IMG/VR virus record: IMGVR_UViG_3300030098_007301 | Coordinates: 99,966 to 163,965 of that record | Length of the DNA: 64,000 nucleotides | Direction: 5' to 3' (one strand) | Origin: a virus | In this document: positions 62,790 to 64,000 of the stretch, piece by piece | How the letters are laid out: each line of letters begins with the position of its first letter | How positions within the stretch are numbered: position 1 is the first letter of the stretch | The notes under the pieces: model-generated | Databases searched by the model: none | What the model was told of the DNA's origin: nothing | What the model saw: only the letters and a program-made list of their open reading frames with translations | Program-made: the position numbers and the translations under genes

Positions 62790-64000
62790 TATATGTCCCC
62801 ATCGGCTTTACGATAAGAATCTTTGACTTTACCGCCCCGTTTCATCTTTAAAAACATATTAACGCGAGCCATAGCCCACCCTCCACGAGTCATACCGGGG
62901 CGATGAGAAGTAGAAAACGCGCCTGCTCCTCTCCTATATACCTTTTTAAGCTGACCAAGAGTAACCTTCTTTTTGCTTTTAGCGTTATGTTTTTTAACTT
63001 TTTCTTTCAAGGACTTAATAATACTCTCGGAAAAAGTTATACTACCTCCCTTGCTTCCTGCGCTTCCCGGTTTATTTTTAGAAGAGCCCTTCTTCCTTTC
63101 GCTAGGTTTCGCTGGGGTTTGAGCGCCAGATTTACGGCCGGGTCTTGCGGCTAGCACCTCTTCCAAGTCCATGACTTCATCATACTCTTCCAAAGTCATT
63201 TCATACTCAGAGGCATAAGTTTTCTTCTTTTTAGCTTTTTCCATCTGTTCAGATGTAGGGGCTCCTTTTTCGCCCTTCTTTCTCATTTTTTCGCCAGAGC
63301 CTTTTTTAATTCTCTCTCTTTTTTTATGGATGTTCCTCCATAGGCTCCCTTTAGACTCTAATTTCTCCATCAAGGCTTCATGGCTAGGACCGGGCATAAA
63401 GACCGCGTCGTCTCCTTCTCCGTGACTGTGGATATCATCAAACCCCATCTCTTTGGCTTTTTTCATAGCTTCACCGGGGCTATCAAAGATAAACTCTTTT
63501 GGGGTAGATTTGGCTTCAATCTCATTAGCGATCAAATAAGCGTCAATATTAGCTTCAATCTCATTACATCCGCATCCTCCACAACCACAATCTCCTTCCC
63601 CTTCTGTTATTTCCTCTTCAACGAAGGCTAGAGCAGGATTAGCTTCAATCAGTTCGTCAAGGTCAAAAATAGTCTCACCGTCCCAATCATATCCCGGATA
63701 TGAGCCCTTAGTCATTTGAGTAACGCTTTTCTTACTCCACATTTTACATGACCAATAGCGAGCCTTTGTTTTTGGCCCGGGGTTGTCGCAGTTATGGCGA
63801 GCACGAAAATTCTTGCGCCGATTAGGGTCGTCGCGCTTTATCTCCATATTTGGGTCGCCGAAGTTAACCTTTACAACGTTTCCCTTCTCGTTCTTAACGT
63901 ATACGGAAAACTTTTTTGGGCCACCCGGCGTGCGAAAAGGTTTGTTAAGAGTTTTTTTCTCTTTTTCTGCTACGATTTGATTAGTGAGATCGACTATCAT
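62789..64000 (-). CDS. Mosaic basic protein made of several small phage domains (possibly 5-prime truncated)
   Basis: KKFSVYV..FGDPNM.IK...RRKNFRARH.C...ARYWSC; LWRNIHKKR..KG.P; LKKVYRRGAGAF..SHRPG....WAMARVN.F. Confidence 0.7.
   Translation of the reverse strand: MIVDLTNQIVAEKEKKTLNKPFRTPGGPKKFSVYVKNEKGNVVKVNFGDPNMEIKRDDPNRRKNFRARHNCDNPGPKTKARYWSCKMWSKKSVTQMTKGSYPGYDWDGETIFDLDELIEANPALAFVEEEITEGEGDCGCGGCGCNEIEANIDAYLIANEIEAKSTPKEFIFDSPGEAMKKAKEMGFDDIHSHGEGDDAVFMPGPSHEALMEKLESKGSLWRNIHKKRERIKKGSGEKMRKKGEKGAPTSEQMEKAKKKKTYASEYEMTLEEYDEVMDLEEVLAARPGRKSGAQTPAKPSERKKGSSKNKPGSAGSKGGSITFSESIIKSLKEKVKKHNAKSKKKVTLGQLKKVYRRGAGAFSTSHRPGMTRGGWAMARVNMFLKMKRGGKVKDSYRKADGDI

Noticed and set aside
1-64000. 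Alternative genetic code or a firm host assignment
   Set aside because: Genes are long and tightly packed under the standard code; host cannot be assigned from sequence alone, although lipoproteins and sigma54/IHF-like sites are compatible with a diderm bacterium

Overview
The whole window looks like part of a large tailed dsDNA phage genome; no host housekeeping genes, integrase or CRISPR-Cas are visible. (1) About 1-32.5 kb, mostly minus strand, is a late/structural block: two GNVGIGT-repeat tail fibres (one 3791 aa with a C-terminal S74-type chaperone), other structural genes, portal, large terminase, an ERCC4-type nuclease, a phage sigma factor, PhoH and small membrane/accessory genes, many preceded by a GTGTAW motif. 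(2) About 32.6-47 kb is an early region of tiny, visibly more GC-rich genes, each with its own sigma70-type promoter placed about 10 nt before GTT-ATG (near-leaderless mRNAs). It is punctuated by seven copies of a paired 25-bp palindrome matching the IHF consensus, and also holds a SleB-like hydrolase, DUF932, gp88-like and RuvB-like genes and tRNA-Cys. (3) About 47-64 kb holds an AT-rich repeat-bearing non-coding gap, many small genes, two DNA glycosylases, rIIA/rIIB, a fused glycosyltransferase and a thermonuclease. The most unusual signals are non-coding: the helically phased palindrome-pair/TTGGCAC/promoter modules, and 3-prime UTR elements that are antisense (up to 17 nt perfect) to the conserved start regions of the leaderless mRNAs. 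All protein calls come from motif recognition by eye, not database searches.
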